Shown: positions 19,237 to 29,258 of the stretch, piece by piece | Position numbering within the stretch: the first letter of the stretch is position 1 | Layout: each line of letters begins with the position of its first letter | Origin: Clostridia bacterium | GTDB taxonomy: Bacteria > Bacillota > Clostridia > JAAYHZ01 | DNA length: 64,000 bases | Direction: 5' to 3' | Assembly (NCBI GenBank): GCA_050950825.1 | Contig: JBMNIH010000010.1 | Location: 160,001 to 224,000 of the forward strand | Position numbers and translations under genes: made by a program | Notes under the pieces: model-generated | What the model was told of the DNA's origin: nothing | What the model saw: only the letters and a program-made list of their open reading frames with translations | The model's database searches: none

Positions 19237-20405
19237 AGAAGAAACGATTGATTGTTATGCTTTCCTTGCTTCTTTTTTTGACCGGGTGCAGCAGCTTGCC
19301 CCATAAAATACCCTTAGAAGATATCCAAGCCATCTTAATTGCCGGTATCGATGTGAACGAGGGTATGGTGGAGCTGACCGTCATGAGCGTGGGTAGCCAA
19401 CCGGGATCCGGTGACAAGAAGGGAGAGGAAGCGATAAAAATTTACGAAGCGACCGGAAAAACGGTGTTTGAAGCCAAGCAGAACTTAAGCTTGTATAACG
19501 ATAAGCACTTAATATGGGCTCATTTGGAATATATCATAATCGGAGAGGATACGGCTCGAGCGGGGATCGCACCCCATTTGGATTTTTTCTTAAGGCATCA
19601 TGAAAACCGTTTGACGGACGATCTTATCGTAGCGAAAAATATGACGGCAAGAGAGTTCATACGTTCGACGGACACGGCTCAGCCGAAGATAAATGAAAAA
19701 ATACGCCATTTGTTTAAGGATGCGGAAATCAAATCCACCATCCGTAATGTGAATTTAAAGACTTGGGCGTTAAAACATCTTTCGGACACCATGTACGTCA
19801 TTTTGCCCGTTTTAAGTACAACGGAAAGAACGCATAAAGAAAAAGAACAACAAGAAGAGGGCACTCAAAAAAAAGATATTCGGACCGACGGATATGCCGT
19901 ATTTAATCGAGAAGGAAAACTGATTGATTATGCTTCCTTGGAGTATTCCCGAGGGATCAATTGGATTACCGATGAAATTCATTCCACGGCGGTGGTAATC
20001 GAACCGGAATCCGGAGCCCAATTATCCGCACAAATCATACGATCAAAAACCAAATTGGAAATAGACGAAGAAGCCGTATCTTTGAATGTGGATATTAGCT
20101 TGATATTCAATATTCCGGAATACACGGGCAATAAGGAACTGTACGATTTGGAATACGTAGGGTTAATCAAAGGAAAGCTGGAGGATATGATCGAAAAAGA
20201 AGTGATCGATACGGTAAAATACTTGCAAAGCTTGGATGCCGATGCCATTAATATCGGTAATGTCTATTACCATAAATATCCGAAAAGGTGGCCCATGATG
20301 AAAGATATGTGGGAAGAGAAATTCAGGCAAATGAACGTGAACGTAAGCGTTAGGTCTACCTTAAGAAATACGTATAACATCCTTAACCCCATGGAGAAAG
20401 AGTGA
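19233..20405 (+). CDS. Ger(x)C germination lipoprotein
   Basis: Lipobox LTGC, AGID, G.TVFEA, YIIIGE..AR motifs. Confidence 0.88.
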   Translation: MKKKRLIVMLSLLLFLTGCSSLPHKIPLEDIQAILIAGIDVNEGMVELTVMSVGSQPGSGDKKGEEAIKIYEATGKTVFEAKQNLSLYNDKHLIWAHLEYIIIGEDTARAGIAPHLDFFLRHHENRLTDDLIVAKNMTAREFIRSTDTAQPKINEKIRHLFKDAEIKSTIRNVNLKTWALKHLSDTMYVILPVLSTTERTHKEKEQQEEGTQKKDIRTDGYAVFNREGKLIDYASLEYSRGINWITDEIHSTAVVIEPESGAQLSAQIIRSKTKLEIDEEAVSLNVDISLIFNIPEYTGNKELYDLEYVGLIKGKLEDMIEKEVIDTVKYLQSLDADAINIGNVYYHKYPKRWPMMKDMWEEKFRQMNVNVSVRSTLRNTYNILNPMEKE

Positions 20406-20409
20406 TTGT

Positions 20410-20616
20410 ATGGTCCTTGTGTTGGTTCTTTTAATCGGTTTAAGTATTTATGACATCCGATTGTTGAAAAAAGAAAACGACAAAAAGCAGATGATTATGT
20501 ATTGTATTTTTGCACTGGCGACCTTGGCCTTCGGAATATGGTATATCACCGGAACCATCGAACACAGCTTCTGTTATGAATTGTTTCACCTTTTGGGAAT
20601 TAGCGATAGAAACTGA
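20410..20616 (+). CDS. small two-TM protein (possible ger D-type subunit)
   Basis: 68 aa, two hydrophobic helices, directly after gerC. Confidence 0.6.
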   Translation: MVLVLVLLIGLSIYDIRLLKKENDKKQMIMYCIFALATLAFGIWYITGTIEHSFCYELFHLLGISDRN

Positions 20617-20724
20617 TAAAAATTTATCAAGTACCTTTTCATCTCCATTTGAATATGATATACTTGGGTTTATCGTTAAACAATGAATTTCAATTTTGGC
20701 TTATAAATCCGGGAGGTGAAAAGA

Positions 20725-20847
20725 ATGGAGTCAGGCGGAAGTAGTTCCGGCAGTGGAGGTATACGATTACGTATAAAGAAAAAGGCACCGAAGGAGTCTC
20801 CTTTGGCTCTGTTCTTTTGTGCTTCTTGTATTTGCCATGTCGGTTAA
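20725..20847 (+). CDS. putative mgtE leader peptide (40 aa uORF)
   Basis: GGGAGGTG RBS; MESGGSSSGSGGIRLRIKKKAPKESPLALFFCASCICHVG*. Confidence 0.55.
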   Translation: MESGGSSSGSGGIRLRIKKKAPKESPLALFFCASCICHVG

Positions 20848-20989
20848 CCTCTTTTCTTTTATACGTTTTCAATCGATTCTTTCGCTGTCCCTGCCTAACC
20901 GTTATACGGAAAGTATTATGAAATAAAGCAAAAAAGCGTTTTGCTTTATCGGAATTTTTTTGCTTAAAAAATGAAAGGAGGACAGCCCC

Positions 20990-22324
20990 ATGAGTGAATG
21001 GATTTTGGATTTAATTAATAGAAATAAATATGCCGAAGTCCGAAACATGCTTATTGAAATGAACGTGGTGGACATCGCTCAGATCGTAGAAGAAATCGAT
21101 AAGGATAAGCTTTTAATCCTGTTTCGCATATTGCCGAAGGAAATGGCGGCAGGAGTTTTTTCATACATACCGTCGGAGCTTCAGGAGTTTATTGTCGAAT
21201 CCATTACGGATAAAGAAATCAAAAATATTATCGATACTTTGTTTCTTGACGATGCCGTCGACTTTTTGGAAGAAATGCCGGCGAATGTGGTCAAGAGGGT
21301 TTTAAGAAACACGGATCCCGAAACGAGAAAGCTGATCAATCAATTTTTGAATTATCCGGAGGATTCCGTCGGCAGCATCATGACCATCGAATTTGTGGAC
21401 TTAAAGAAGGAAATGACGGTCCGCGAAGCGATTCAACACGTAAAGGAAACCGGGGTGGATAAAGAAACCATTGACAATTGTTATGTTCTGGATAACAACC
21501 GTATTTTGGAAGGCGTCATATCCATCCGTAAGCTGATTTTAAGCGACGATAACGAAAAGCTAGAGGACATCATGGAAACGGATATCAAGTCGGCGAACAC
21601 CCACGACCACCGAGAAGTTTTGGTGTCCCTGTTCAAAAAGTATGACTTGCTATCGCTGCCGGTGACGGATAACGAATACCGTTTGGTAGGGATTGTTACC
21701 GTTGACGACGTAGTCGACATTATGGACCAAGAAGCTACGGAAGACTTTCAATTGATGGCAGCCATGCAGCCCTCGGAAAAGGAATATTTGAAAACCGGCG
21801 TACTGGAGTTGGCTAAAAACCGTATTTTTTGGCTTCTAATTTTAATGATTTCCGCTACATTTACAGGAAGTATTATTAGCAAGTACGAAGATGCACTGCA
21901 AGCGGTGGTGATACTTGCATCCTTTATTCCCATGATTATGGATACCGGTGGTAATTCCGGTGCTCAGTCGTCTACCATGATTATTCGAGGTCTCGCATTA
22001 GGAGAAGTAAAACCAAATGATATTTTAAAAGTGATTTGGAAAGAGCTAAGAGTCGGTATTTTAGTGGGAATTGTTTTATCTTCCGTTAATTTTATAAGGC
22101 TTTTAGTCCTTGTGAAGGTAGATACTTTTATCGCTTTAACCGTAAGTATAACCTTGATGCTTACTGTGGTTGTAGCAAAGCTTGTGGGAGGAACGCTCCC
22201 CTTAGCCGCTAAGAAGGTAAAGCTGGATCCGGCCATCATGGCGAGTCCTTTGATTACAACCATTGTGGACGCCGTTGCCCTTTTGCTGTATTTCCGATTT
22301 GCAACAATTTTGTTGGGGATATAA
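20990..22324 (+). CDS. mgtE: magnesium transporter MgtE
   Basis: N-domain, two CBS domains, DTGGNSGAQ, DPAIMASPLITTIVD. Confidence 0.97.
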   Translation: MSEWILDLINRNKYAEVRNMLIEMNVVDIAQIVEEIDKDKLLILFRILPKEMAAGVFSYIPSELQEFIVESITDKEIKNIIDTLFLDDAVDFLEEMPANVVKRVLRNTDPETRKLINQFLNYPEDSVGSIMTIEFVDLKKEMTVREAIQHVKETGVDKETIDNCYVLDNNRILEGVISIRKLILSDDNEKLEDIMETDIKSANTHDHREVLVSLFKKYDLLSLPVTDNEYRLVGIVTVDDVVDIMDQEATEDFQLMAAMQPSEKEYLKTGVLELAKNRIFWLLILMISATFTGSIISKYEDALQAVVILASFIPMIMDTGGNSGAQSSTMIIRGLALGEVKPNDILKVIWKELRVGILVGIVLSSVNFIRLLVLVKVDTFIALTVSITLMLTVVVAKLVGGTLPLAAKKVKLDPAIMASPLITTIVDAVALLLYFRFATILLGI

Positions 22325-22331
22325 AAAAGTG

Positions 22332-22361
22332 TTGACATGGAGGCTTTGTTCGTCATATAAT
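22332..22361 (+). promoter_or_regulatory. sigmaA promoter of aro operon
   Basis: TTGACA-N18-TATAAT. Confidence 0.75.
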
Positions 22362-22390
22362 ATCCTAAATTTATTAAGAGGTAAGGTTTT

Positions 22391-22516
22391 ATGGAAACTT
22401 ATCGCCCGGAAAGAAGAATAAAGTTAAATTTGAATAGCTACTTTAGCTTCTTTACCTATGCCTTTTTTGCGTTTTATTTCTTTTTCTTTAGAACCGGGCG
22501 AATCGTAAGACCTTAG
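22391..22516 (+). CDS. Phe/Tyr-rich attenuator leader peptide (41 aa)
   Basis: AGAGGT RBS; METYRPERRIKLNLNSYFSFFTYAFFAFYFFFFRTGRIVRP*. Confidence 0.85.
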   Translation: METYRPERRIKLNLNSYFSFFTYAFFAFYFFFFRTGRIVRP

Positions 22517-22534
22517 GTTTTGGTTAAGAAAATC

Positions 22535-22568
22535 AAAGCGGGAGGCGGATTCAGCCCCCCGCTTTTTT
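22535..22568 (+). terminator. attenuator terminator of aro operon
   Basis: AAAGCGGGAGGC/GCCCCCCGCTTT stem (1 mismatch) with T6 run. Confidence 0.85.
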
Positions 22569-22672
22569 GATACATCCGGTTCGGATCTTCGTCAAAACCG
22601 GTTGCCCAAAAAACAGGGGGAGTCGAATCGAAAAAAGCCTTCCGAAAGATAATAAGTGAAGGAGGACACCCC

Positions 22673-23680
22673 ATGATATTAGTTTTAAAAACCAATGTGG
22701 AAGAAAAGAAGATCGAGGAATTGATCCGGACGTTAGAAAGCAGTCAAATACGTGTGGAAAGAACCAAAGGCGTGGACTACACCATTTTGGCGTTAATCGG
22801 CGATACACGGTCGGTTAATGAAGGGACCATACTCAATTCCGACATTGTTCACCGAATCATTCATGTACAAGAACCGTACAAGCAAGCGAATCGGCTTTTC
22901 CATCCGGAGAATACGACGGTCAAAGTAGGCGACTGCACCATCGGAGGAGGAGAATTTGCCGTTATTGCAGGTCCTTGCTCCGTAGAAAGCGAGGAACAGA
23001 TTTTGACCGTTGCACGGGAAGTAAAAAAATCCGGAGCAAAATTCTTACGAGGCGGCGCATACAAACCTCGAACATCCCCCTACAGCTTCCAAGGATTAGG
23101 GGAGCGGGGATTGGATTTGCTCAAGCTGGCAAAGGAAGAAACCGGCTTGCTGATTGTCTCGGAAATATTGTCAACGGACCAATTGGACCGTTTTGTCCGG
23201 GATGTGGACATCATCCAAGTAGGCGCTCGAAACATGCAGAATTTTTCCTTGTTAAAAGAACTGGGTAGGGTCCAAAAACCGGTTATTTTAAAGAGGGGAA
23301 TGTCGGCCACCATGGAGGAATGGCTTATGTCGGCGGAGTATATTATGGCGGAGGGGAATAAAAACGTCATTTTGTGCGAAAGAGGAATAAGAACATTCGA
23401 AACCTACACCCGCAACACCTTCGATATCAGCGCCATACCCATGATTAAGCACTACAGCCATTTGCCCATAATCGCCGACCCCAGCCACGCGACAGGAAGG
23501 TGGTGGATGGTAGAGCCTTTGGCAAAAGCGGCGGTAGCGGCGGGAGCCGACGGACTCATGGTAGAGGTGCATCCGAATCCGGAAAAAGCTCTATCCGACG
23601 GAGCACAGTCTTTAACCCTCGAAAGCTATAAAAAATTAATGAATGAAATTAATTTAATGATCGGAAAATTGGCGTGTTAA
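22673..23680 (+). CDS. aroF: DAHP synthase (type I-beta) with N-terminal regulatory domain
   Basis: [26 protein letters not shown] motifs. Confidence 0.95.
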   Translation: MILVLKTNVEEKKIEELIRTLESSQIRVERTKGVDYTILALIGDTRSVNEGTILNSDIVHRIIHVQEPYKQANRLFHPENTTVKVGDCTIGGGEFAVIAGPCSVESEEQILTVAREVKKSGAKFLRGGAYKPRTSPYSFQGLGERGLDLLKLAKEETGLLIVSEILSTDQLDRFVRDVDIIQVGARNMQNFSLLKELGRVQKPVILKRGMSATMEEWLMSAEYIMAEGNKNVILCERGIRTFETYTRNTFDISAIPMIKHYSHLPIIADPSHATGRWWMVEPLAKAAVAAGADGLMVEVHPNPEKALSDGAQSLTLESYKKLMNEINLMIGKLAC

Positions 23681-23715
23681 AATACGGATATACGGTCTTT
23701 GATGAGGATATGAAC

Positions 23716-24786
23716 ATGAAGGAATTGAATTTAACGGCAACAGACAGCCGTTCCGTGATATTAATTGAAGAAGGGCTGCTGCATCGATTACCGGAGCTTG
23801 TAAGGAACCTGTTTCCTTTGTCTAAGGTTTTAATCGTGACCGACGAAAACGTGGAGAAGCTATACGGCAAAAGCGTTTATGAATCCTTGGCACGCTCCGG
23901 CATCCCTTGCGTCAAAAAGGTATTGCCTTTCGGGGAGAGGACAAAATCCTTTGAATACTTGAATATAATCTTGGATTGCTTGGGAGAAAACGGCTTTACG
24001 AGAAGCGATGCGGTAATGGCCTTAGGAGGAGGAGTCATAGGAGACTTATCCGGCTTTGCCGCCGCCTTATGGCAAAGGGGAATGAAATTAATCCAAGCTC
24101 CGACAACCCTTCTGGCCCAGATTGACAGCAGCATCGGAGGAAAGACCGCCATTGACACCAAATGGGGGAAAAACACGATAGGCGCTTTCAAGCAGCCGGA
24201 CTTGGTTTGCATCGACCCTCAAGTCTTGACAACCCTTTCGAAAACGGACTTTTCGGCCGGTATGGCGGAAATGATCAAGTATGCCTGCATTCGCGACAAA
24301 GAGATGTTCCGTATTTTAAAAACGCATTCGGACAATATATTCCCGCACCTTTCGGAGCTCATTCTTCAAGCATGCAAGATTAAGAAAGAGGTTGTGGAAG
24401 AGGATTGCTTTGATACGGGATTACGTATGATTTTAAATTTCGGCCATACCGTCGCCCATGTTTTGGAAGGGCTGAACGATTTCGAGGGCTTGCCTCACGG
24501 GTATGCAGTGGCTTTGGGTATGATCGACATAACCAAGCGGTCGGAAGCCCTCGGGTGGACTCTTTCCGGAACGGCGGATCAAATACAAAAGCTGTGTGAC
24601 GCCTACGGACTTCCTACGGAAATGCCTGCGGTAGACAAGAGAGCGGCCGTTTCCTTTTTGTTAAGAGATAAAAAAGCCAGAAGCGGTCAAATGAATTTGG
24701 TGTTGTTAAAAGAAATCGGTTCCTGCTTCATTAAAAAGATGGACGTAGGGGATGCGATACAATTTCTCGGTTGGGAGGAAAAATGA
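23716..24786 (+). CDS. aroB: 3-dehydroquinate synthase
   Basis: GGGVIGD, PTTLLAQIDSSIGGKT, LNFGHT; start codon uncertain (23674/23710/23716). Confidence 0.94.
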   Translation: MKELNLTATDSRSVILIEEGLLHRLPELVRNLFPLSKVLIVTDENVEKLYGKSVYESLARSGIPCVKKVLPFGERTKSFEYLNIILDCLGENGFTRSDAVMALGGGVIGDLSGFAAALWQRGMKLIQAPTTLLAQIDSSIGGKTAIDTKWGKNTIGAFKQPDLVCIDPQVLTTLSKTDFSAGMAEMIKYACIRDKEMFRILKTHSDNIFPHLSELILQACKIKKEVVEEDCFDTGLRMILNFGHTVAHVLEGLNDFEGLPHGYAVALGMIDITKRSEALGWTLSGTADQIQKLCDAYGLPTEMPAVDKRAAVSFLLRDKKARSGQMNLVLLKEIGSCFIKKMDVGDAIQFLGWEEK

Positions 24787-26054
24787 TGCAGGTTACCGTT
24801 TATCCTTCAAAGTTAAAAGGAACCCTTTTTGTGCCTCCTTCGAAAAGCCAAGCCCACCGTCTGTTATTGGCGGCGGTACCGTCAAAGGAACCTTGTGTCA
24901 TTGATTCCGTCGCTTTCTCCGATGATATATCGGCAACCGTCGGAGCCATGGAGGCATTGGGTAAAAAAATCGATATGAAAAAAGGTGATTTCGAATATCG
25001 TTTGACGGTTCAAGAGGGAACTTTGACAAAAAACCCCGTGATAAATTGCAAAGAATCCGGTTCCACCTTACGCTTTGCCATTCCCTTGGCGCTTGCCGTA
25101 GCCGGCGAAGCGACATTTACGGGGGAGGGCCGTTTGGGGGAAAGGCCTTTGAACGTTTACAAGGATTTGCTTGAGAAACAGGGTATTTTATGGGAAGCGG
25201 ATGTTAAAGGACTGCCTTTACACGTTAAAGGCGAATTGATGCCGGGTATTTATTCGGTTCCGGGCGATATCAGCTCTCAATTTATTACGGGGCTGTTGCT
25301 GGCGCTTCCTTTGCTTAAAGGGGATTCGGTGCTTACGATTGAAGGCGTACTTGAATCGGCGCCTTACGTGGACATAACCGTCGACGTGTTAAAAAAATAC
25401 GGTGTCCGCATCACGGAAGAGGAACCGTACCGAATTTACCGAATTCCGGGAGGTCAAACCTTCGGGAACGTGAACGCCATGGTGGAGGGGGACTGGTCCC
25501 AAGCCGCTTTTTATATATTGAGCGGATTATTCGGAAACGGCGTATTGCTAAAAGGATTGGATAAAGATTCATACCAGGGGGATAAAAGGATCGTTTTCTT
25601 TTTACGTTCCATGGGAGGAGATATCCGATGGACGGATGAAGGACTAATGGCGTACCCTTCGGAATTAAAAGGTGTCGACATGGATATTTCCCATTGCCCG
25701 GATTTGGCTCCGGTGTTGGCGCTGGCTTGTTCTGTAGCAAAAGGATGCAGCCGCATATCGGGAGCAAAAAGGCTTCGGATTAAAGAATCCGACCGCATCG
25801 AATCCGTGGGAAACACATTGAAGGCTTTAGGTGCGAAGATAGAATGCTTGGACGACGGATTTTTCATTGAGGGATCCGAAGCTTTAAACGGCGGCAAGGT
25901 CTTTTCGTATAAAGATCACCGAATTGCCATGATGGCGGCTGTTGCCGCTTGCGTATCCGAAGAGCCGATTGTGCTGGAAGGAGCGGAAGCCGTTAAAAAA
26001 TCGTATCCGAACTTTTGGGAGGATTACAAAATGCTTGGAGGGATCGTAGAATGA
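24783..26054 (+). CDS. aroA: EPSP synthase
   Basis: PPSKS..HR, ESGSTLRF, SSQF, KESDR, DHRIAM motifs. Confidence 0.95.
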   Translation: MMQVTVYPSKLKGTLFVPPSKSQAHRLLLAAVPSKEPCVIDSVAFSDDISATVGAMEALGKKIDMKKGDFEYRLTVQEGTLTKNPVINCKESGSTLRFAIPLALAVAGEATFTGEGRLGERPLNVYKDLLEKQGILWEADVKGLPLHVKGELMPGIYSVPGDISSQFITGLLLALPLLKGDSVLTIEGVLESAPYVDITVDVLKKYGVRITEEEPYRIYRIPGGQTFGNVNAMVEGDWSQAAFYILSGLFGNGVLLKGLDKDSYQGDKRIVFFLRSMGGDIRWTDEGLMAYPSELKGVDMDISHCPDLAPVLALACSVAKGCSRISGAKRLRIKESDRIESVGNTLKALGAKIECLDDGFFIEGSEALNGGKVFSYKDHRIAMMAAVAACVSEEPIVLEGAEAVKKSYPNFWEDYKMLGGIVE

Positions 26055-27133
26055 GCAGCCAATGGGGTCAAAAATTGAAAATATTTTTATTCGGGGAATC
26101 CCACGGAGACGGAATCGGCGTGGTGATGGACGGTGTTCCGCCCGGCATCAAGCTGGATATGTCTTTTATACGAAGGGAAATGGAAAGGCGGTCCCCGGGA
26201 AGGCACCGATGGTCCACGCAACGTAAGGAAGCGGATGCTCCCGTTATCCTAAGCGGAGTGTACAACGAGCATACCACGGGTACTCCCTTATGCGCCGTTA
26301 TATACAACAAAGACCAAAGATCCCAAGATTACAAAAAGCTTGACCGGATACCGCGGCCCGGCCATGCCGATTACACCGGTTCTATTCGTTATAAGGGGTT
26401 TAACGATCCGAGAGGAGGAGGCCACTTCTCGGGGCGATTGACGGCGCCTTTGGTTTTCGCGGGGGCCGTAGCCCAGCAAATCTTGCATAAAGAAGGTATA
26501 TACGTAGGCGCCCATATTAACAGAATCGAACAGGTAACGGACCGGGAGATTGACAAGACGAACATTTCCGTGGAAATGATTCAAAATTTAAAAGCGAAGG
26601 ATTTTCCCGTTATGGATGATGAAGCGGGAGAGCAAATGAAGGATAGAATTTTGAACGCCTTCAACGGCTTGGACTCCGTAGGAGGGGAAATTACGACGTT
26701 TGCCGTAGGCGTTCCTGCGGGAATCGGAAGCCCAATTTTCGATGCTTTGGAAAGCAAGATTGCGTCCTTGGTCTTTTCCGTACCGGCGGTAAAAGGTCTT
26801 TCTTTCGGTACCGGATTCGATTTGGCTCTTATGAGAGGAAGCGAGGCGAATGATCCGTTCCGGATGGAAGGAGAAAAGGTTGTTACTTTGACCAACCATA
26901 ACGGAGGCATTTTGGGAGGCATCTCCAACGGTATGCCCATTGTTTTTAAGGCCGTAATCAAGCCCACCGCATCCATTGCCTCCGTTCAAAAGACCGTCAA
27001 TCTTTCCACAGGGGAAAACTGCGATATTTCGATTCACGGAAGGCACGACCCTTGTATTGTGCCGCGAGGAGTACCGGTGATGGAAGCCTGTATGGCTTTG
27101 GCGCTTGCGGATGCGATTTTGTATGAAAGGTAA
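26051..27133 (+). CDS. aroC: chorismate synthase
   Basis: GESHG, PRPGHAD, GRHDPC motifs. Confidence 0.96.
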   Translation: MSSQWGQKLKIFLFGESHGDGIGVVMDGVPPGIKLDMSFIRREMERRSPGRHRWSTQRKEADAPVILSGVYNEHTTGTPLCAVIYNKDQRSQDYKKLDRIPRPGHADYTGSIRYKGFNDPRGGGHFSGRLTAPLVFAGAVAQQILHKEGIYVGAHINRIEQVTDREIDKTNISVEMIQNLKAKDFPVMDDEAGEQMKDRILNAFNGLDSVGGEITTFAVGVPAGIGSPIFDALESKIASLVFSVPAVKGLSFGTGFDLALMRGSEANDPFRMEGEKVVTLTNHNGGILGGISNGMPIVFKAVIKPTASIASVQKTVNLSTGENCDISIHGRHDPCIVPRGVPVMEACMALALADAILYER

Positions 27134-27143
27134 GGGATGATAA

Positions 27144-27980
27144 GTGAAAGTGGGGTATATGGGCGTTCCCGGTTCCTATACCGAGGAAGCGGCCGTCGGT
27201 TATTTCAAAAACGAATACGAATTAACGGGTTATCCGAGTTTTCACGATGTTGTCCATAGGTTGGAAACCAAGGAAATTCGTTACGGGATTCTGGCAATCG
27301 AGAACTCTTCCACCGGAAGCGTTCATCAAACCTTGGATTTAATACGAGAAAAAAACCTCTACATCACGGGAGAAGCCATACAAAAGGTGGAGCATTATTT
27401 AATGGCGGTAAAGGGGTCAAAGCTGTCCATGATCAAAAAGGTGATTTCCCATCCCCAAGGCTTGGAGCAGTGCGGCAGCTATATTCGTAAAAACGGCTGG
27501 GAAATCGGGACCCATGTCAACACCGCCGCTGCGGCAAAAGAAGCGGCTCAAAAAAACGATCCTTACACGGCGGTTATCGCATCGAAACGGGCGGCAAGCA
27601 TTTACGGGTTGGAAATATTGGACGAAAAAATTCAAGACAACAATCATAACTACACGCGATTTGTGGTTTTGTCCGGCACAAAAGAAATCACGGAAGGAGC
27701 GGACAAAATCAGCTTGGTTTTTATCGTAAAAAACGTTCCCGGATCCTTGTATGCCGCCATTCAAGGCTTTGCCGAAAACGGAGTGAACTTGATAAAGCTG
27801 GAATCAAGGCCGATATGGGGCGAGCCTTGGCATTACTTTTTCTTCATGGACTTGGAAGGAAGCTTGGAGGACGAAAGAATTAAAAGAGCCCTTTCCTATT
27901 TGGAGATTCACTGCAAGTCCTATCGAATATTGGGAAACTACAAAAAAGCGTCTTTTTCCATGGAGGTAAAAAATGAATAA
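27144..27980 (+). CDS. pheA: prephenate dehydratase
   Basis: IENSSTG, SHPQ, TRF, ESRP (ACT domain). Confidence 0.94.
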   Translation: MKVGYMGVPGSYTEEAAVGYFKNEYELTGYPSFHDVVHRLETKEIRYGILAIENSSTGSVHQTLDLIREKNLYITGEAIQKVEHYLMAVKGSKLSMIKKVISHPQGLEQCGSYIRKNGWEIGTHVNTAAAAKEAAQKNDPYTAVIASKRAASIYGLEILDEKIQDNNHNYTRFVVLSGTKEITEGADKISLVFIVKNVPGSLYAAIQGFAENGVNLIKLESRPIWGEPWHYFFFMDLEGSLEDERIKRALSYLEIHCKSYRILGNYKKASFSMEVKNE

Positions 27981-28791
27981 CAAATACGGACTTATCGGGT
28001 ATCCTTTAGGCCACAGCTACTCTCCTTGGATACACGATGCCATATTCCGGCTTACCGGTCGGAAAGGAGAATATTCCCTCATCGAGATTACGGAGGATCA
28101 AATCCCTTCCTTTTTTGAAAAGCTGCATCGAAGCGGTTTGGAGGGCTTGAACGTTACCATACCCTACAAGCAAAGGGTCATACCGTACATGGACGAAATG
28201 TCCTCCGAAGCCCAAAGGATCGGTGCCGTAAATACGATTTTGATAAAAGAGGACCGCTTGATCGGGTATAACACCGATTATATCGGATTTATGGAGCTTC
28301 TTTCTACCTTATGCGATGACTTATCCGGTAAAAAGGTGCTGATTCTAGGAGACGGCGGCTCCGCAAGAACGGTATATACCTGTATGTGCGATTTAAAGGT
28401 GTCCGTATGCTATATGGCGTCAAGGAAACCTAAGAAAAGCCGAATGCTTTTTAAGGAAGCATTCGTCATTTCCTATGAGGAGGTATACGATTTGTCGGAC
28501 CTATATTTAACGGTGAATTGTACCCCGGTGGGCATGTATCCGAAGAAAGACGCATCTCCTTTGGATTTGGATAGAATAAAGCCTTTTCCGTATTACGTCG
28601 ATTTAATTTACAACCCTTCCGAGACCTTGCTGATGAAGCATGTGAACCGGACGGGAGGAAAAAGCGTAAACGGACTCTATATGCTGGTGTCTCAAGGCGT
28701 TGCCGCCCAGGAAATATGGACAAACCGGACAATTCCCAAGGATATAACGCAAAAAGTATTTCAAATAATGAAAGAGGAAAAGTCGCTATGA
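27973..28791 (+). CDS. aroE: shikimate dehydrogenase
   Basis: HSYSP, NVTIPYK, GAVNT, NTD motifs. Confidence 0.95.
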   Translation: MNNKYGLIGYPLGHSYSPWIHDAIFRLTGRKGEYSLIEITEDQIPSFFEKLHRSGLEGLNVTIPYKQRVIPYMDEMSSEAQRIGAVNTILIKEDRLIGYNTDYIGFMELLSTLCDDLSGKKVLILGDGGSARTVYTCMCDLKVSVCYMASRKPKKSRMLFKEAFVISYEEVYDLSDLYLTVNCTPVGMYPKKDASPLDLDRIKPFPYYVDLIYNPSETLLMKHVNRTGGKSVNGLYMLVSQGVAAQEIWTNRTIPKDITQKVFQIMKEEKSL

Positions 28792-29222
28792 AAATATTGG
28801 TTTTAAACGGACCGAATTTAAACATGTTGGGTGTGCGAGAGCCGGATATTTACGGAAAAGAAAATTATGCTTCCTTGTGTAAAACGGTGGAGGACGAAGC
28901 GAAAAGATTAGGAATTCAGGTGGATATAAGGCAGAGCAACCATGAAGGTCAGCTGGTGGATTGGATTCAGGAGGCTTTCGGTGTTTTTGACGGAATCGTA
29001 ATCAACCCCGCCGCCTATACCCACTACAGCATTGCCATCTTGGACGCCTTAAAGGCCGTGGGTTTGCCTGCCGTGGAGGTTCACATCAGCGACATCCATA
29101 AAAGGGAAGACTTCCGAAAACATTCCGTCACCGCACCCGCTTGCATCGGGCAGATCAGCGGCAAAGGAATATACGGATATGTTTTAGGCATTCGGATGTT
29201 GTATGACCATATTAACGGATAA
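28788..29222 (+). CDS. aroQ: type II 3-dehydroquinate dehydratase
   Basis: NGPNLNMLG.REP.IYG, QSNHEG, EVHIS motifs. Confidence 0.96.
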   Translation: MKILVLNGPNLNMLGVREPDIYGKENYASLCKTVEDEAKRLGIQVDIRQSNHEGQLVDWIQEAFGVFDGIVINPAAYTHYSIAILDALKAVGLPAVEVHISDIHKREDFRKHSVTAPACIGQISGKGIYGYVLGIRMLYDHING

Positions 29223-29258
29223 AAAGGTGCCGGATTTCTTTTATCCGACACCTTCGCT

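Noticed and set aside
22513-22808. Minus-strand ORFs over the aro leader
   Set aside because: Antisense shadows of the attenuator and aroF
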